NCBI RefSeq assembly: GCF_037042905.1
Contig: NC_087249.1
Span: forward strand, 7,442,001 to 7,506,000
Source of the DNA: Lytechinus pictus
Taxonomy: Eukaryota
Length of the DNA: 64,000 bases
Direction: 5' to 3'
The translations under genes and the position numbers were made by a program. The notes under the pieces are model-generated. The model worked only from the letters and a program-made list of their open reading frames with translations, made no database searches and was not told the DNA's origin. This document shows positions 25,301 to 40,300 of the stretch, piece by piece; position 1 is the first letter of the stretch, and each line of letters begins with the position of its first letter.

Positions 25301-28300
25301 CAACTATGGACAGCCGCCAACGTCAACATCTAAAATACATGTTTGCTCAAAATATTTTCTAGATATGATGTATATTCCTACATTCACTGTTTTCTTGACA
25401 ATTCAGTATGCTTCTCTTTGTTTTCAAAGGACATTGTGCAAATTTGATAAAGAAAAAAAAATGATGACATTGATGGATTTCCATATACTTGAGGTTGAGG
25501 GGATCAATCATAACTCTTTGAAAGACGAGGCCCTGAAGTGCATCCTGGGAAATGCGCTGTTATTGATTTGCTCAAAATGACCTATGAGCAAGGAGGGCAG
25601 ATTGTGATATTTTTAATATGCACTAAAGATACATTTTGATATGCAGAATGATAGGTGGCTTTCGAGATGTTGATATTGAAAGTTACGCCATGTAGCAGGC
25701 AGAATCTGAAAACATAGGATTGACGCTAGATGATATTTGGCGTTGAGGTCAATCCAAGGTCCTTTTAGGATGGTTGATTAATTCCAAGTAATTCATTTTT
25801 AGCCATCTTGCTCACTGGTCCACAACAATAGGACAAAACATACTGATTTTCCCATAAGGCATTGTAGTAGGTTCTGTGACATTTGCTCTGGCGACAATTG
25901 CTCCAATCGAATATCTGCAAATTAAGCCCAACATAAAATCTATTAACCTCCAAAATTAAAGAAACCCTCATCATTATCTTTACATTATTCTCAATCAAAA
26001 ACTCTATTACAATCCTAATTTTAACCCTATACACTCTGAGATATTAAGACGGGAGCAAATATCGCAGGAGAAAATGTTGTGTCACCTTTTAGAAATGTGT
26101 TCTAATCCTATGCCCTCTGAGATATTTAAACAGGAGGACATGTCACAAGAGCTGTCGTGCTACTTTTACTAGCATACTTTTGATGGACAAATTTTTTGCC
26201 AAACTTTAGAACAGTATGTGGGTTTGTTTACATCACCTAGGCAACAAAGGGAAGAGATCCGTGCCAAGCAGGAGAAGCTAGAGATGATGTTGAAGAAGAA
26301 ACCCAGTGAGAGGAAGGACTCAGGAGGACTCAGACCAGAGAGTCCAAACGGCGATGGCAGGACCAGGCGGAGAGGCAGGCCAACCGTTCCTCGTGTAGCT
26401 TTGGGCAAGAAACACTATTCACGCTCACATTCTGATGTAAGATACTTCTTTCTATTCGTTTTTTTTTTTTACTGAAGTGAGAACTTTGCATACTATTTTT
26501 AACAAGTAGATTTAAATTGCCTAGATTATTCATATTTACTGAATTGTGGATAGATTAGGACTTCAGTTGCTAGCATCGTAGACAATCTCCGCATCGGTTA
26601 TAATGTGCTCATGGTACTTTCATGCACATTGGTAGTACTGATCAGTTAACAAGTTCACTGTGTGCATGCATTCATATTCAAGGGATGTATTCAACAAACT
26701 GTGAACTTGACTTTTTTAAAGAGTTTTATGCTCAAATTATCATTTTTTTTACATTTTCCAACAAATCATGTTCAAATGAAATGCATGTCACTTTTGGTGA
26801 AAGCTATGCATTGTAAAGTTACCCCCACCAAATCTCTCTTCTTGTGTTAATTTTTTTTACCAGTCTAAATTTCAACATTCACTCTGCCATCCCATTGTTG
26901 ATTTGTCAAATGCTAAATGTGCCCAACTCCTCCTGGTCTGCAGGCACAGACCCTGATTGAAACTTTGATCAACAAGTGGGTCTCCACACAAAGACTAGCA
27001 CACTTAAAACTTGCTGGTACAATTCAATTCCTGAGTACAAAAGGCATTATAGGCTTCACATTCTGATCCTTAACTTGAGTGAACGGTTCGCACAGCAGAC
27101 TAGACCCCACCCTTTGGTATCAATGTATTCAATCGAACATGATAAGCTCTTTGGTTCTTTGCCTTTATACCGGTGTGTCGGCTCGGTTGGTGGAGGAACC
27201 GTCTCACAACCGGGTGGTCGAAAGTTCAAACCCCGGACACGCCAGACCAAAAGACGCAAAAAAGATGGAAGTTGCTGCCACCATTTGCCATTCAACACAT
27301 AGAGCCTTGGCGATCTGATGCTGCACAGTGCTTGCTGGAACACGGGCAATAAAATGAATTTTCTGAATATTTCTGTTCTCAGATTTTCTAAAATATGGAT
27401 TTTTTATATATTTTTTCCCCTCACAGAATTGCTACGACTACGAGACCATCGACCTCACCAAGCCTCTTGATATCGTGGAAGAAGAGGAGCTGGAGAGGAT
27501 CAGTGCTCTTCTCCAAAGAGACAACCTGGTTCGAGGGTTGGGTGTGGTAGAGCATGTCTACCGCCTGCTGCACTGTACCCCTGGCACAGTAGGTGTTATG
27601 AAAAACGCAGATAGGCAACCCAACGTAAGTACATATTTATCTATTCTGTCATTCTGTCATTCATTCATTCATTTATTGGTATATATGTAGGAAATTTGTT
27701 TTATTGGCATTAGATATAAAGCACATACATCATAAAGTCTGATATTCAGAAAATACTTATGCAACCTGCCACCCTAAAACCAATAAGTCACCCTAAATTA
27801 ATTTTGAGATTTTTTTTTAGTGAGCTTGAGAAAGCGCATTCTTGAGCTTTAAAATGGTGTAAAACTTGTCAACATTGATAAAAAAATCACCCACACAAGT
27901 ACTTGATTGAAAGTAGAAGAATTTTTAGACAGGTTCAGAGAGAAAGAAGGAAACAATGTTTAAAGTTCTAGGTTCACTCAGACATGAGGTGTGCACACTG
28001 TGCAATCTCTATGAAACTTCCAAGTTGTCCTGAAAAATATGATGTAAAAAAAACATCCTGTGTCTTGTCTTTCATTGACCTGTACAACTTCAAATTTTGA
28101 CAGTATGAATAAGAAAGAGTTTCTGTACTTTCGTATGAGTTAAGTTTACGATTCTTGCTTTTTAAGACCAAATTATTGTTTAAGCTCTTTACGGAGAACC
28201 TTCACTAGCGACTGATTTTTGGTTTTGGGGTGGCTGGTCATAAATACAAATGCTGCAATACCTAGAATTTGATGATGTCCTTCAAATTGGCAACATAGAT

Positions 28301-31300
28301 TTACATTTTACTTCCATTAATAGATTTCTTGCTGCCAATGTGCTGAAAACAGTAGAAACTGATATAATTGATTAAAGTTAAAATTCCATTCTTGAAAGTC
28401 ATTTCGTTTTAATGTCTTATTGGTGGTTTCAAGTACTGCACTGACAATAGAAACATAATGAGCTCATGTGAACATGATTCATTAATAGTCAGAATCGTGA
28501 TCAAATCAAAGCAAAGGAGGGAAAGGAAGAATTTGCCTTATCTCCGTTTCTATGAGCTTGCTGTTACATTCACCAGATTCCGATGAATGTAATGTACACT
28601 GTCTAGCTGAATAAAATCTTTCTCTTTTTGCTTAAAAAAAATCAGTCATCTAGTTTGAAGTTTGAGTTTTCACAAAAAGTGTGATCAGTTTTTTAGTTTG
28701 GCAAGGGATTTTTTTCACCGAAAATACTGCAAAATCTTGTATGCACCACTTAGGTAGCACAATTGATGTGATTGTAAATTCCAGACTTTCACTTTGGACT
28801 CCGTTTGAAATTGATACGGTTATTTTTTTTTAATTATGTGATTGTACTTGCTTGTAAGATGAAAGAAAGAAAAAAACAATAAGTGAATAACATATACATG
28901 TATGCTGATATTTCCAGGCGCAGATCTAGCCGGATTCGACAATAGTTTTAGAGGCCGACTGTTCAAAAAGAATAAGGCCCCTAATATGATATTGTGTTCA
29001 ACCTGGTTAGATCCGCCACTGGATATTTCTCCGCAGGTACAGTTGCAGATGAAATCAGTTGAGAGAGAAAAAAAAAATAACAAGAATATGGCATATCTTT
29101 TTACTAAACATTGCCTAAATATGATAACATTTACTGTATGAACTTATGGTGAATCTGTTATACCTAATTTGCAATATACGTATGTGTAATTGTTGTTTCT
29201 GTGGTACTATTTTTGCCAATTTAATCATTCATCTGTCCTTCTTTGTGTCAGGTTTCCTTTTTAAACTCCAAAGGTGACCTCACCACAATACAGCCAATAA
29301 GTTGCAAAGACAGCTCTTGTGTCAATTACCAAATAGAGTTGGGATAAAAAAAGGAATTACGGTGTTTGTTTTTCTTTGAAAAGCAACATATCAGTCAATC
29401 ATGTGTCAAATTTTATAATAAGCCAGAAACTCACAAAATCTAAAGCCATATTGATTTACATAGCTTTGAAAAAATCTGACTATACATTTAACAGACTTAA
29501 GAGAATGAAAGGATTATATGTATTCAAATGATTTTTCAAATTAAAGCAAATCCATTCATCTTACATGTATGTCTAATCAATCAAATCAATGTCAAACCCT
29601 TTCATGCTCTGGACATTAAACCTAGGTCTGATCTCGCTCTTTTGCGCTCACTTTTTAAAGTACCTTGTATGTCTTTGTCACATTGTTATTAGTGTTATTT
29701 CAAAGTATCTTTCTTCACTAAGTTATGGAAGTTCCATCTAATTTTCATGCGAAGAATCTGCTCTTTCAATCACAGTTGAAAAAATAAGAAAAAGTCAAAT
29801 TCATGGCTGATTGGTTGTTTGGTGGTGGTGGGTCACAGTTAGCATTCTTGTCACCAAAATAAGAACCAACTATTATTACTGAATAAATCGATCAATAAAT
29901 AATTTAGGGTTTTTATAGTGCACGTATCCATCTTGTGGTGCTCAAGGCGTTCCTACATGTATACATGTATTTCCCCGGCTAAGCTACACTGTAGTGTGCC
30001 GTTTCCAGTGCTCACCGCTTATTACATAATCTAACTGTGATTTTTGATTTTCTTATATGCATTGTAATGGCAAAAGCAGGAATACCACAGATTAGCTCTT
30101 GCTTCATCTGCGCCCTACTGCAACAGTGTCCTTGAAAGGCGTATGAATTCATACCTCCATCTAGACAACCCTCCTTACCACAAACTGCTGAATCAGCCTT
30201 CTAATCATAACAGAAGGTCTAACAGCAAAAGCAACAATACTGAACCAACAACAAGACCCTCCCTTCGCTCCGACAGGCGGACACCTGCTAGTTATATTTC
30301 AGAAGTATTCTCATACAATATGCACAATCACTCCTACTACCCAACAGAAATGCATGTGTCCAAGATAGAAACAGTGAGTGATCCAACCCTTAGTGGTCAA
30401 GGCGCCAATCGGGCGAGGAGTCAGGACCCTCGGTCGCTTGCTTCTGGGAGTGATCTCTCTAGGCGCGTGACCGAAGGAGGAAGATTGAAGGATGGATCTA
30501 AGGAGAGTGGGGGAAAGGACAAGCAGCAGAACAACAACAGCAGTCATCAGTCGTTGTCAGAAATGCACTGTGTCTATCGAATGGACAGGGCATCCCAGAG
30601 GCCAAACTCGATGTCCCGTCCCAGGCTGAGCGACGGGAGGGCAAGGGTGGTGTGGGACGAAGACAAGAATCCAAAGGATGCGATGAATGGTGTATTGACT
30701 GTTGAAGCTTTGCAACAGTGGGTCCCTGATACCAGACAGAGAGGGGGCACCAGGGAGCTCATGACACCCATACTTAGTCTCCAGTTCTTGAATGTCTGTC
30801 AAAAGAAGATAGCAGCCAGACACGCCAAAAAGCCTGAGCTGGAGGATCAGCAAACAAGCTCATCCAGTGGATTAGTGCAGAAGAAAACAAGTGCTATTCC
30901 TCTTCTAAGCCTGAGCAACCCTGCTACCAAGAAGAATCAGAACAACAACAGGAGTGGCCTTTCCATGGAAGACTGTCCACACCTACCAGATGTTTCTTCA
31001 AAGACATCGTTGAGCTCTTTGAAATCTGTCTCAGGAACGGACTTACTTGTGGAATCACTAAGTGATATTGCATCAGCAGGAAATGATTCAGAGGGAATAT
31101 CCCTGCAGGAAGAAGTTTCCAAGAGACCAGCAGATCTGGAACAGAAACTTGGAATGAATAGAGGTCTCCCTGATGTCACATCAAGAAATTCTTTAGAAAG
31201 TAGTTTGCATCTGTCTGAAGATGCTACAGCAGAAGTCGATGTGGGAGAAAAAGAACATGGAGTTCATAGAATTCTTGAGAAAGTTACATCAGTGAGAAAA

Positions 31301-34300
31301 CCCACAAAAGTCATTTATAAGTGGGAGAATTCCTTGAGTACAACAGGTCTGAAAGAGGATCCTGGAGCTTGTAGAATCCAAGCACAGAGATTGGCCAGAA
31401 GGGTAGTGCCTAAAGAACAGATCAGCTCCAAGAATGATGATACGGAGGTAGAGAACAAGGGTTCATGTTCAGAGTTCTTGTTCAGCGTTGATTCTTCAAT
31501 GTTTGATTACATTTGCAACGTTAAAACTAACAAATAGTTCTTGTTCCTAGTTCATCCTCAGATAATTGCAAGAGAGAATGGATGGTCTCCTTGATGTGGA
31601 TCCTGATGTCATTGGAGACTTCAGAATTCACTGAAAGATGGTTTTTTTTTCTTTTTATTCAGCTCTAGCTCATTTTCCCTTTTTGTTCAGGTTCATATTT
31701 GAATATTGTGCATGTTATTTATAGAACGTTACAGTTTACATGTACCTGTTGAAATAAAGATGGAAAAGAATTAACCTCATCCCACAGATTTCATCCCTTT
31801 TCAACAGGCATTTGTAATTTTTGTTTTTTGTTTTTTGTTCTGTCACCTGGTGAAATTATAACTGCATGCACAGGTTTCCATTGGTGATGCGATAAAAAAT
31901 GTGGTGGGACATGTATTTCTACGCTTTTCCTCTCTTTTACATCCTTTCTCACTCTCTATTTTTCCGATCTTGTAGTACTCTGCATCCTCAAGGAATTTTT
32001 CGAGCCAGGGTCTGAGTTACAGTAATTCTCTGTCCCAGCTGATGGGACACACCGACCCTGCATGGTGTATACCGAACGTACAACCATTCAGTGAAAAGGT
32101 GATGGTGTTTTTGGATATAATAATAGCCCAGTCTGCACAAAAATGCAGTGGTTTTTTGAGCAATTTGGCACGTTTTGCACAGATCCTGCACTCCCACCCT
32201 GCGGTGATCCTGAGAAAACCAGCACTTTGCAATACCTTAACCCTTTATTTCCCTAACCCTATCCCTCCCCATGGTTTTGAGTGACAGTGGCGTACCGATG
32301 GGGGGCTAAAAAATGAGAAAATGAAAGAAAAGGTTTAAAGAGAAGGGAGAAGTATATTATTTTCCGAATATTACTGTTTGTCAAAATCTATCACAAGATT
32401 GGATTTTTGTCAGAAAAATGTCAAATTTTTTTGCCAGACACGCCATGTCTGCCCCACACAAAATGTTTGTCTCATAATGCCTCTGTTGAGTGAGTGGCAT
32501 TGTTTATTTGTAAAACGATGGCAATAATTAATAATTGAGATATATTGCGTGATGAGAACAACTCCCACAAAGCACCCCATCCTGCACAAGCTCTTTCCTT
32601 ACCCCTATTACATAACTTAATTACATGTTGAAATTAAGATCCACTGAAATTGACACCCTCAATCTTTGTTGTTGTATAAGAGTTTATTTTTTAATGATTT
32701 CCAAGTGAATACTTTCATTCAGTCTTTTATGATCATTGGTTTTTCAATTATTATTTTCCAAAGCCATTGATTAATTTCCATGGTGCATTTTGAATTTGAT
32801 GTACCCCCAAAATATGATGTACTTCCTAAAACACTAATTATCATACATTTTGAGATACTTTTTCTTTTTTATTCATCCTAACTGCTAATACCGAGTTGCT
32901 CTAACTTCTTTTTCCTGTTTGAAAAAATAATCAAGTTTTATTATTAACAATTTTCAGATAAGTTATTCAGATTCTGATTTTTTTTTAATACATATTGTGT
33001 TTCATTTCATCCAAGATGATATATGATGAAGATGACGTAATGTCCTTCCAGATGAGAACAAAATAATATTCTAAAGATGGCATTACACTTTATTGATATG
33101 ATATTTCTTTTTTTTTAAACCTTGTTTTGCCTATTCCTACACTAACAAATCATTACATTAAATTGTTAGCACATGAAGATGCTTTTGATACAAAAATAGT
33201 GTTACTGCTTTATAGAAACAACACAAAATAGAAAGGTCTGTATGCTGAGTTCATATGATGAAATTAAAAACTATGAAATGATTGTAATCATGCCATAAGG
33301 TCCATTATAAATAACAGGAACACCATATCACCCCTGCAGACACAGACTGTGAACCATAACGTCCAAATGGCCAAGACCCAGCCCCAACCTCCAGGAGGAA
33401 TGCCTTGGCCCACCTCGTCAGCTGGCCGCAATGTTCGCACGTTAAGCCAGCATGCGGACCAGGCAGGAATGATCAACGGCGCTGGCGTGGCCCCCAACCT
33501 CGCCGGTCAGCGGCAGCGTTTCCCGTCTCGCAAGGGCTCCCAGCACACGGGCAACAACTTGGTGATTGCTGAACAGGACTTTCAGAATCTTTCACTCATG
33601 GACAATGAGAGTTTGCGTGGGAGACATGGTAATATGAACTCTACAGCGGCTGCAGCCGCTGCCTTGGGGCAGGGAGATTGGAGAATAATGGACGGAGGAT
33701 ACGCAAGAAGGATACTCAGTGCAAATACTGGACAAAGACGAGAAACTGGTAGGCAAAATTTTATGATATTAAAGGGGAATCCAGCCTTGGCCATAAAATG
33801 TTGTGTTGGGAAGGAGAAAAATAAATTAAACAGAATGGTGAAAGTTTGAAAGAAATCGGACAAGCAATAAGAAAGTTATGGCTGCTTTAAAATTGAGATC
33901 ACTAATAGTATGTAGATTTCAAATTGGCAACTGGGTAAGTAAATTATGACAAGGGGCAAGGACAACTTTCCCATAGGCCATGTACTTTATTCTCAGGGAT
34001 TTGTGGTTTTCTCCTAGGTACCCATTCCCCTGGGGCAGTAATCTAAATATAACCCAGGTAGTATATTGTTTTATGTCCTCATGAAAGAAAAATATAATTT
34101 GAAATAAAACTTTTGGGAAAAATGACATTTTAGCCATAATATATATTGGAGTACATAGAAAAGTAGTCCTTGCCTTACATCACTATGACATCCCATATGC
34201 GGCCAATTTGAAGTCTCCATGGGTATAGTGATTACCAATATTTACAACTTTTAAAAATTCATAACTTTCTTGTTGTTTGTCCAATATTGTTCAAACTTTC

Positions 34301-37300
34301 ACCTATCAACTTGTCTGATTTTCTCTTTCTTATAAAAACAAGTTTTTATTTGGGTTGGATTCCCCTTTAAGAACAGGGGCCTGTTGCATAAAAGTTACTA
34401 TTATAGTAACTATGCCATATAGTAATTTTCATGAAATCCTTGATTCTGATAGGCTGTTGAGTGTTTTTACTATGGTAGTTACCATTGGATGGCAAAATTA
34501 CCATGATATTAACTTTTATGCTACGGGGCTCAGGACTTTGTCTTCAATTATAGTTTGGATAAGTGATTCAACTTTTATTGGCCAAAATATAGAAAGAAGT
34601 GTTCATGTTTTGTACTTTCTTTAATTCTTTCTTGATGCTTATATATGGTTGGAAAAAATTACTGTACTTGTCACTTTTGGTAGCTTTAGTTTTAAAATAC
34701 TTATTATAAAACATCTGCAGGAAGAAATTGTTTTGAATTCAGCTTGTCCTAGCTACATGTATTAACTCATAGATATAATCAATTGTTCTGCTTGAAATCC
34801 TACAGGCATTTTTTATAAACGAAAAACATAGGCTATGGTTGTTCATTATAATTTCATTATTTCATTAAATACTTAAATCATAGTGACATCCTCAAAATAT
34901 TTAAAAACAGTGCAGATTACGTGGTGTTCACTCTTTACAATGCCCTCTTTGATAATCTACGATCGTACAGTTTTGGAATGATATGAAAAAAATAACCTAC
35001 TGGTAATCTCATGAAATACTGGATTATCTGATCAGGGGCCCGTTGCAGAAAGAGTTGCAATCAATCGCAACTCAAAAAAATCATGCGCAATTTGATTTTC
35101 GACCAATCAACAATGCGCATTTGGGACTTGCGCATGATTTTTAGAGTTGCGATTGATTGCAACTCTTTCTGCAACGGGTCCCAGATAAGTTGCAACCTAA
35201 TGCTCCTATTTCAATTCACTTAAAGGCAAAAGAATATAGTCTCATCAAACAATTATTTCATGAGGAAGTCTTTCAAATCAAGGTTAATTGTCACCCCATA
35301 ATCATAGATCTAGATCTGGAACATTGACATAAACTTATCTTTGAGAAATCATGAAATCTTAGCTGAAAAATGATAACACTTATGATCACTAACACAGAAA
35401 AGCATATGTGGGACAGTGTATAAATATTGCTTGGAAAAGTACCCAATTTAATGGAATTCATTGTTTATTTTGCTTATTTCTCAGCGATCTCAAATTTCCT
35501 TTGAGAGCCATTTGACATGCATTTGTTTATAGTATATTTACATTTATATATTATACATACAAACATTTGGGTGGTCATTTTATTGGATTCTGTTCAAACT
35601 CATTTTGAAATCGTGACCACAACTGGCATTTCTCTTTGACAGGGACTGTGCAAGTACGGTTGAACACAAGAGGTGGGGGTGGGAGCAACCTCAATTCCAC
35701 TACACCTCCTCCAGGCTTATATACTACCAACAATAACTTCCCAAACCTTAAAGTAGGACCCACAGGTGCCAATACTTCATCAGGTGAATATCTCCTACAG
35801 TCGTAGCAACGGTTAGAGTCGGTCAATGAAGTTTGACTGACCAACCTTGACCGTTCTTGCCCCTGTTGCTTTAAAGTTGATACTGCAGCAACGGAAACCA
35901 CCATGATAAACAGGGCTCAGCAGTTAATAAATTTTAGTTTCCATATCCATATTTATAGCCTTTAATGAAATAGGACCGTGAAGTTTGGCTCCCAACAGTC
36001 CCCACCATACCATCTTTGCTTGTTACACTATTAATATGAAAGCAAATTTTTGTTTTTATTTGTCTACAGCATAGGAAAATTGTTGAAGTGAAAATGATTA
36101 GGGACAAGCCAGTAACCAGGAGAGGGGGGGGGGGGGTTGGGGGTTCGATCCCCCTTGTCAAGAACAAGAGAAAATAGGAGAGAAAATAAAGGAAAGAGAA
36201 GGGATCGAACCCTCGAATTGGAAACCCTGACTACGGGGCTGAAGGATAATAATAATAATAATAATCATAATAGACATTTATATAGCGCCATCTATCTAAA
36301 AATATTATATTCCGAGGCGCGATGTTATCATTATTATTACCCCGGCTTTAGCTCGAGCTGCCTTTCAGCGCTCATGCATTCAAGGAATTAATCCTGCCGG
36401 GTACCCATTCATAATAACGACAGTGGATTCTACCTGCTATTCACCCTAAGTATGTGGCCCTGATATACTGTACAGTTTGCCAATTGTTTATAGTCTTTTT
36501 TTAGCAGTGTATGCCCGTTTTTTTTGTGTTTTTTTGGCCTTAACAAATTCTACAGACTGTCCATTCAAAGAATCAGTCTCCCCCCAGCCCCCCCCCTAAA
36601 AAAAATCCTGTGGTCTTCTTTCTGCATCCTATGATATTCTCAATCACAGGCGTAAATCCTTGCGTCACACCTATTGTTCGGGGGGAATGATCTATTGTTC
36701 CATACCCCCTGAACAAGATCTATTGTTCCATCCCTCCTGAACAATAGGTGTGATGCAAGGACTTACGCTACTGTTCTAAATAAAAATAAATGAATGTAAA
36801 GGTTCATTTGAACGTTGTCAAAATTGAGGGCCCACAGATTACATCCCTTACCCTGCTTTTTTTAAAAGAAAATCCTCCTCTCACGCTCCATTCAGGTGCA
36901 ATGATCAATCTGTCCGTGGTGTCCGGTCCAGCTCCTGTGGTCCAAAGGCCTGACCTAGTGAGTGCAGGAAGTAGCAGAGGCACCGTCAGTAGAGACGCCA
37001 TCAGCAGTGCACCAGATCCACAAAGTCACCCACTAAGGTAGGCAAACAGGAATCTCTCTTGATACCTCACTTCCATCATTTTAGCTCTACTAGTTCCTCT
37101 AACCACCGTGCAGATTTTGTGACTCTTGCATCATGATCGAGCCTGCAGACGAGACTATATGCCTGGTGTTGGTGTTGGGCTGAGCATTTACACCAGTCAA
37201 CACCTTATTAAGTTGGAGGTGGGACTGCCCTCACTAGATGTTCATGCTAACAATATCCATGTTCCATGTTGAAAGCTGGGTTAGGCAGATTCCCGCTCTC

Positions 37301-40300
37301 ATTAACACCAGTACCAAAATTTATCATTTTGATAACATGATGTTTGTGTCAATTCTGCACCATTCTTTTGTTTATTTATACAAATATATATTATATATAA
37401 GAAAATGATAAAAACTTACACTGTACATAGACATTTTTTGTGTACATGTAATACTAATGGAAACAAACTAAAGCAAACATAGCATGAACAAATTTGCGGT
37501 GTAATATTTTTGTGTTGAGGAAGTTCCTGCTGCCACAAATGGAGTCATTTGATAGCAGAGTCTCTGGCTTTGCCCCTGTTTATCCCCTCTGTCCCTTTTA
37601 ATCCCCTCTTCTGCCAAAAATGTATTCATCATTTAAAATTTTAATAAATCCTTTAAAAATACTGTGGGTGGTGGAGCTTACAGGATTCCAGTATCCTATT
37701 TTAATCTTTCAACGCTCAAAGAATTCAAACTCGCATGAGATAATCTATACTAATTATGAGAATTGACCAATTAATTGAAGCTGTGCTGCACCAATAATAA
37801 CAAATTACTAAAATGTACTAATTAGAATACAGCATGTCCCACAAAAAAATGTTAATGGCATTCTAGTTGAGGATAATTTGAAAATTACCAAATCTTATAG
37901 TTTTATAATCGTATAATTGATTTTATGCGATATGGTCCATTGAACACAGAGATAGGAGCCCTTTTTTCAGCACTCATTAGAAAACCTTGCAATCCAAGTT
38001 TTGTATTAAATAGTATGTGTAGTCAGGTTCAGCTATTCGTGTGGCTCAAGAGTATATCTGTGCAAGAATATCTCATTCATCAGAGTGGGATAAATGAATT
38101 GGTCATCCCCAAGTCCTGAACAAAATTAACATGAATAGATATGATTTGCACCTCTGTAATAGATAACAAATCTTGTTAGCTGAACCTGACTACACTACTC
38201 AGACTACATCAGAGGTTTCCTGATGTGTAATGAAAAAAAAAATACTCATATCCATATTTCATATAATTTCATCCAGTTGTAGAAAATGAATTATAGCTTT
38301 ATATATGCGTATAAAGTTGTAATTTTAATCATACCTGTCTAGAGTGCTATTAGCTTAAAGAAAAAAGAAACCGAGAATTATTGATTTTTTACCATAGCTT
38401 CATGACAATAGTGATCAATATTGCAAATTTTTGTTAAGCTTAGATTCTCCCTTTCATTTGATGCAAGACAGTTACAATCTTCCCATTTCATGCAAAAATA
38501 AGTAAAAACAAGAGGTAATAACTTGTAATAATTCACTGGGCAAGTGGTATATGAATTTCAAAGACAAAATAAAAACACAAAAGTCAATCCTGAAATTTAA
38601 TTTTCTGTCAATTAATTCGACACCTCAATCAAGATAAATAACCACAGAATGACAAAGTAAGATGTATTGGAATGGAATAAATCTTGTTTTTCCATGATTA
38701 AAAAAAAAAATGTGTCATGTTTTTGACAACATGTAGAATTGCGATTTTGTTTTCTACTTGTGTTTGTTGACAAACAGCCAAGCATCTCCATCTTTATTAA
38801 CTACATTTATGTTTGATTTGATAGCAGGAATTTAGTAAAAACTAATTTGTTGAAATAGAATCCCTAATTTAATCAATGTTAAATCATTTTCCGGAATTAG
38901 GTGTTATCTTAAATTATAAAAAATGAACTTTCTAGAATTGTTAATATTTCCTTTGAAATTTAGGTACACCATCAAACGGCAACTTCAGTTAAATATAGTT
39001 TTACCCACTCATATGAAGTAGTCATATCATTCGTTAGTTGCATCAAATGAAAGAAGATTATCTAATTTTAAGAATATATGTATCATTTATGAATTATGAT
39101 TAAGATATGATACATGAAATCCTTCTAGAGTGCCCTGCAGATATGCACATTACCGTATGTAAAAGGCTTAAGCTACCTGTACATGTACATGTAACCCACT
39201 TAACTAAGAGAGTGTATTCCTAAAATCATAACAAAGATGGCATTGTTGGTGATGATGGTGATGATTATGATGATGATGATGATGATGATGATGATAATGA
39301 TGGTGATTTTGATGGAACCAATATAACACCAAATCGACTCACCAGATTGCTGGGAGTTGAGACTCATGTAAATATACATGTGCATGATATTTTGAACCAC
39401 TACAAAATTGTAGCGATATCCAGTAATACGAATAGTACATGTAAATGTACTTTATAGTTCTGTCTCTTTGCTTTATGAATTTTATCTCATTTCGGTTATT
39501 TTACACAAATACATGTAATGTGGAGAGAAAAAAAATTAAGTGTAAAAAGTGTCTAAATCTTACCCTCTCTACGGCAGAATCAGCTTAAAAGCCTTTGATG
39601 CTTCAACAGTAATGCAAGTGAGCATAGACTTTCATGTAGTCTCCTTGTGATTTTCGTAAAGGGGTGATTTTCTGTAGAATAGAAAGTGTTCTTAAAGGCT
39701 GAGTGCAGGCAATTTTGAAAATAGTAACAAGTAACATGTTGAGACTAGTGAATTTTGCAGTATAGGCAGGCTAATTGTGAGTTACGAGCTGTAGGATACT
39801 AACTCTGCTGTAAAGGAAGGTTTTTGGCATATGTTACCATGGGAACTACAGTGTACGGTACACTAATTCTAGGAAGTGTTCTTGAAGGCTAAGCGTGGGC
39901 AATTTTGAAAATAGTACCTAACAATTTTTGAGCTTTTGGTGAATTTTGCTGTACAGTACAAGCGAGCTAAACTGAGACTAATTGTGAACTGAGAGCTTGA
40001 TATAGGTTACTAACATTGATTCCAAGTAAAACTACTATTGAATGGGTCATTGACAGCGTTCTCATTATACTTTCTAAAACTAATTTACTGGAAACCGGTT
40101 CAGGAAACCAGTTTGGAAGATCGCTTTGCTGGCATTCCCATTTGATCAGCTGAAAGTGGCCTTGTTGCTATTGGAACGCTCTCAGTGGGGCTGACATGTT
40201 TCGCGCAAAATTCGAAACCGCAGCGTAGACATACTACACACAGTGTGTGGAGTAGCGCACTCAAAATGTGCGAAGATCGCTTCCAGAAGGACGGTTGTGT

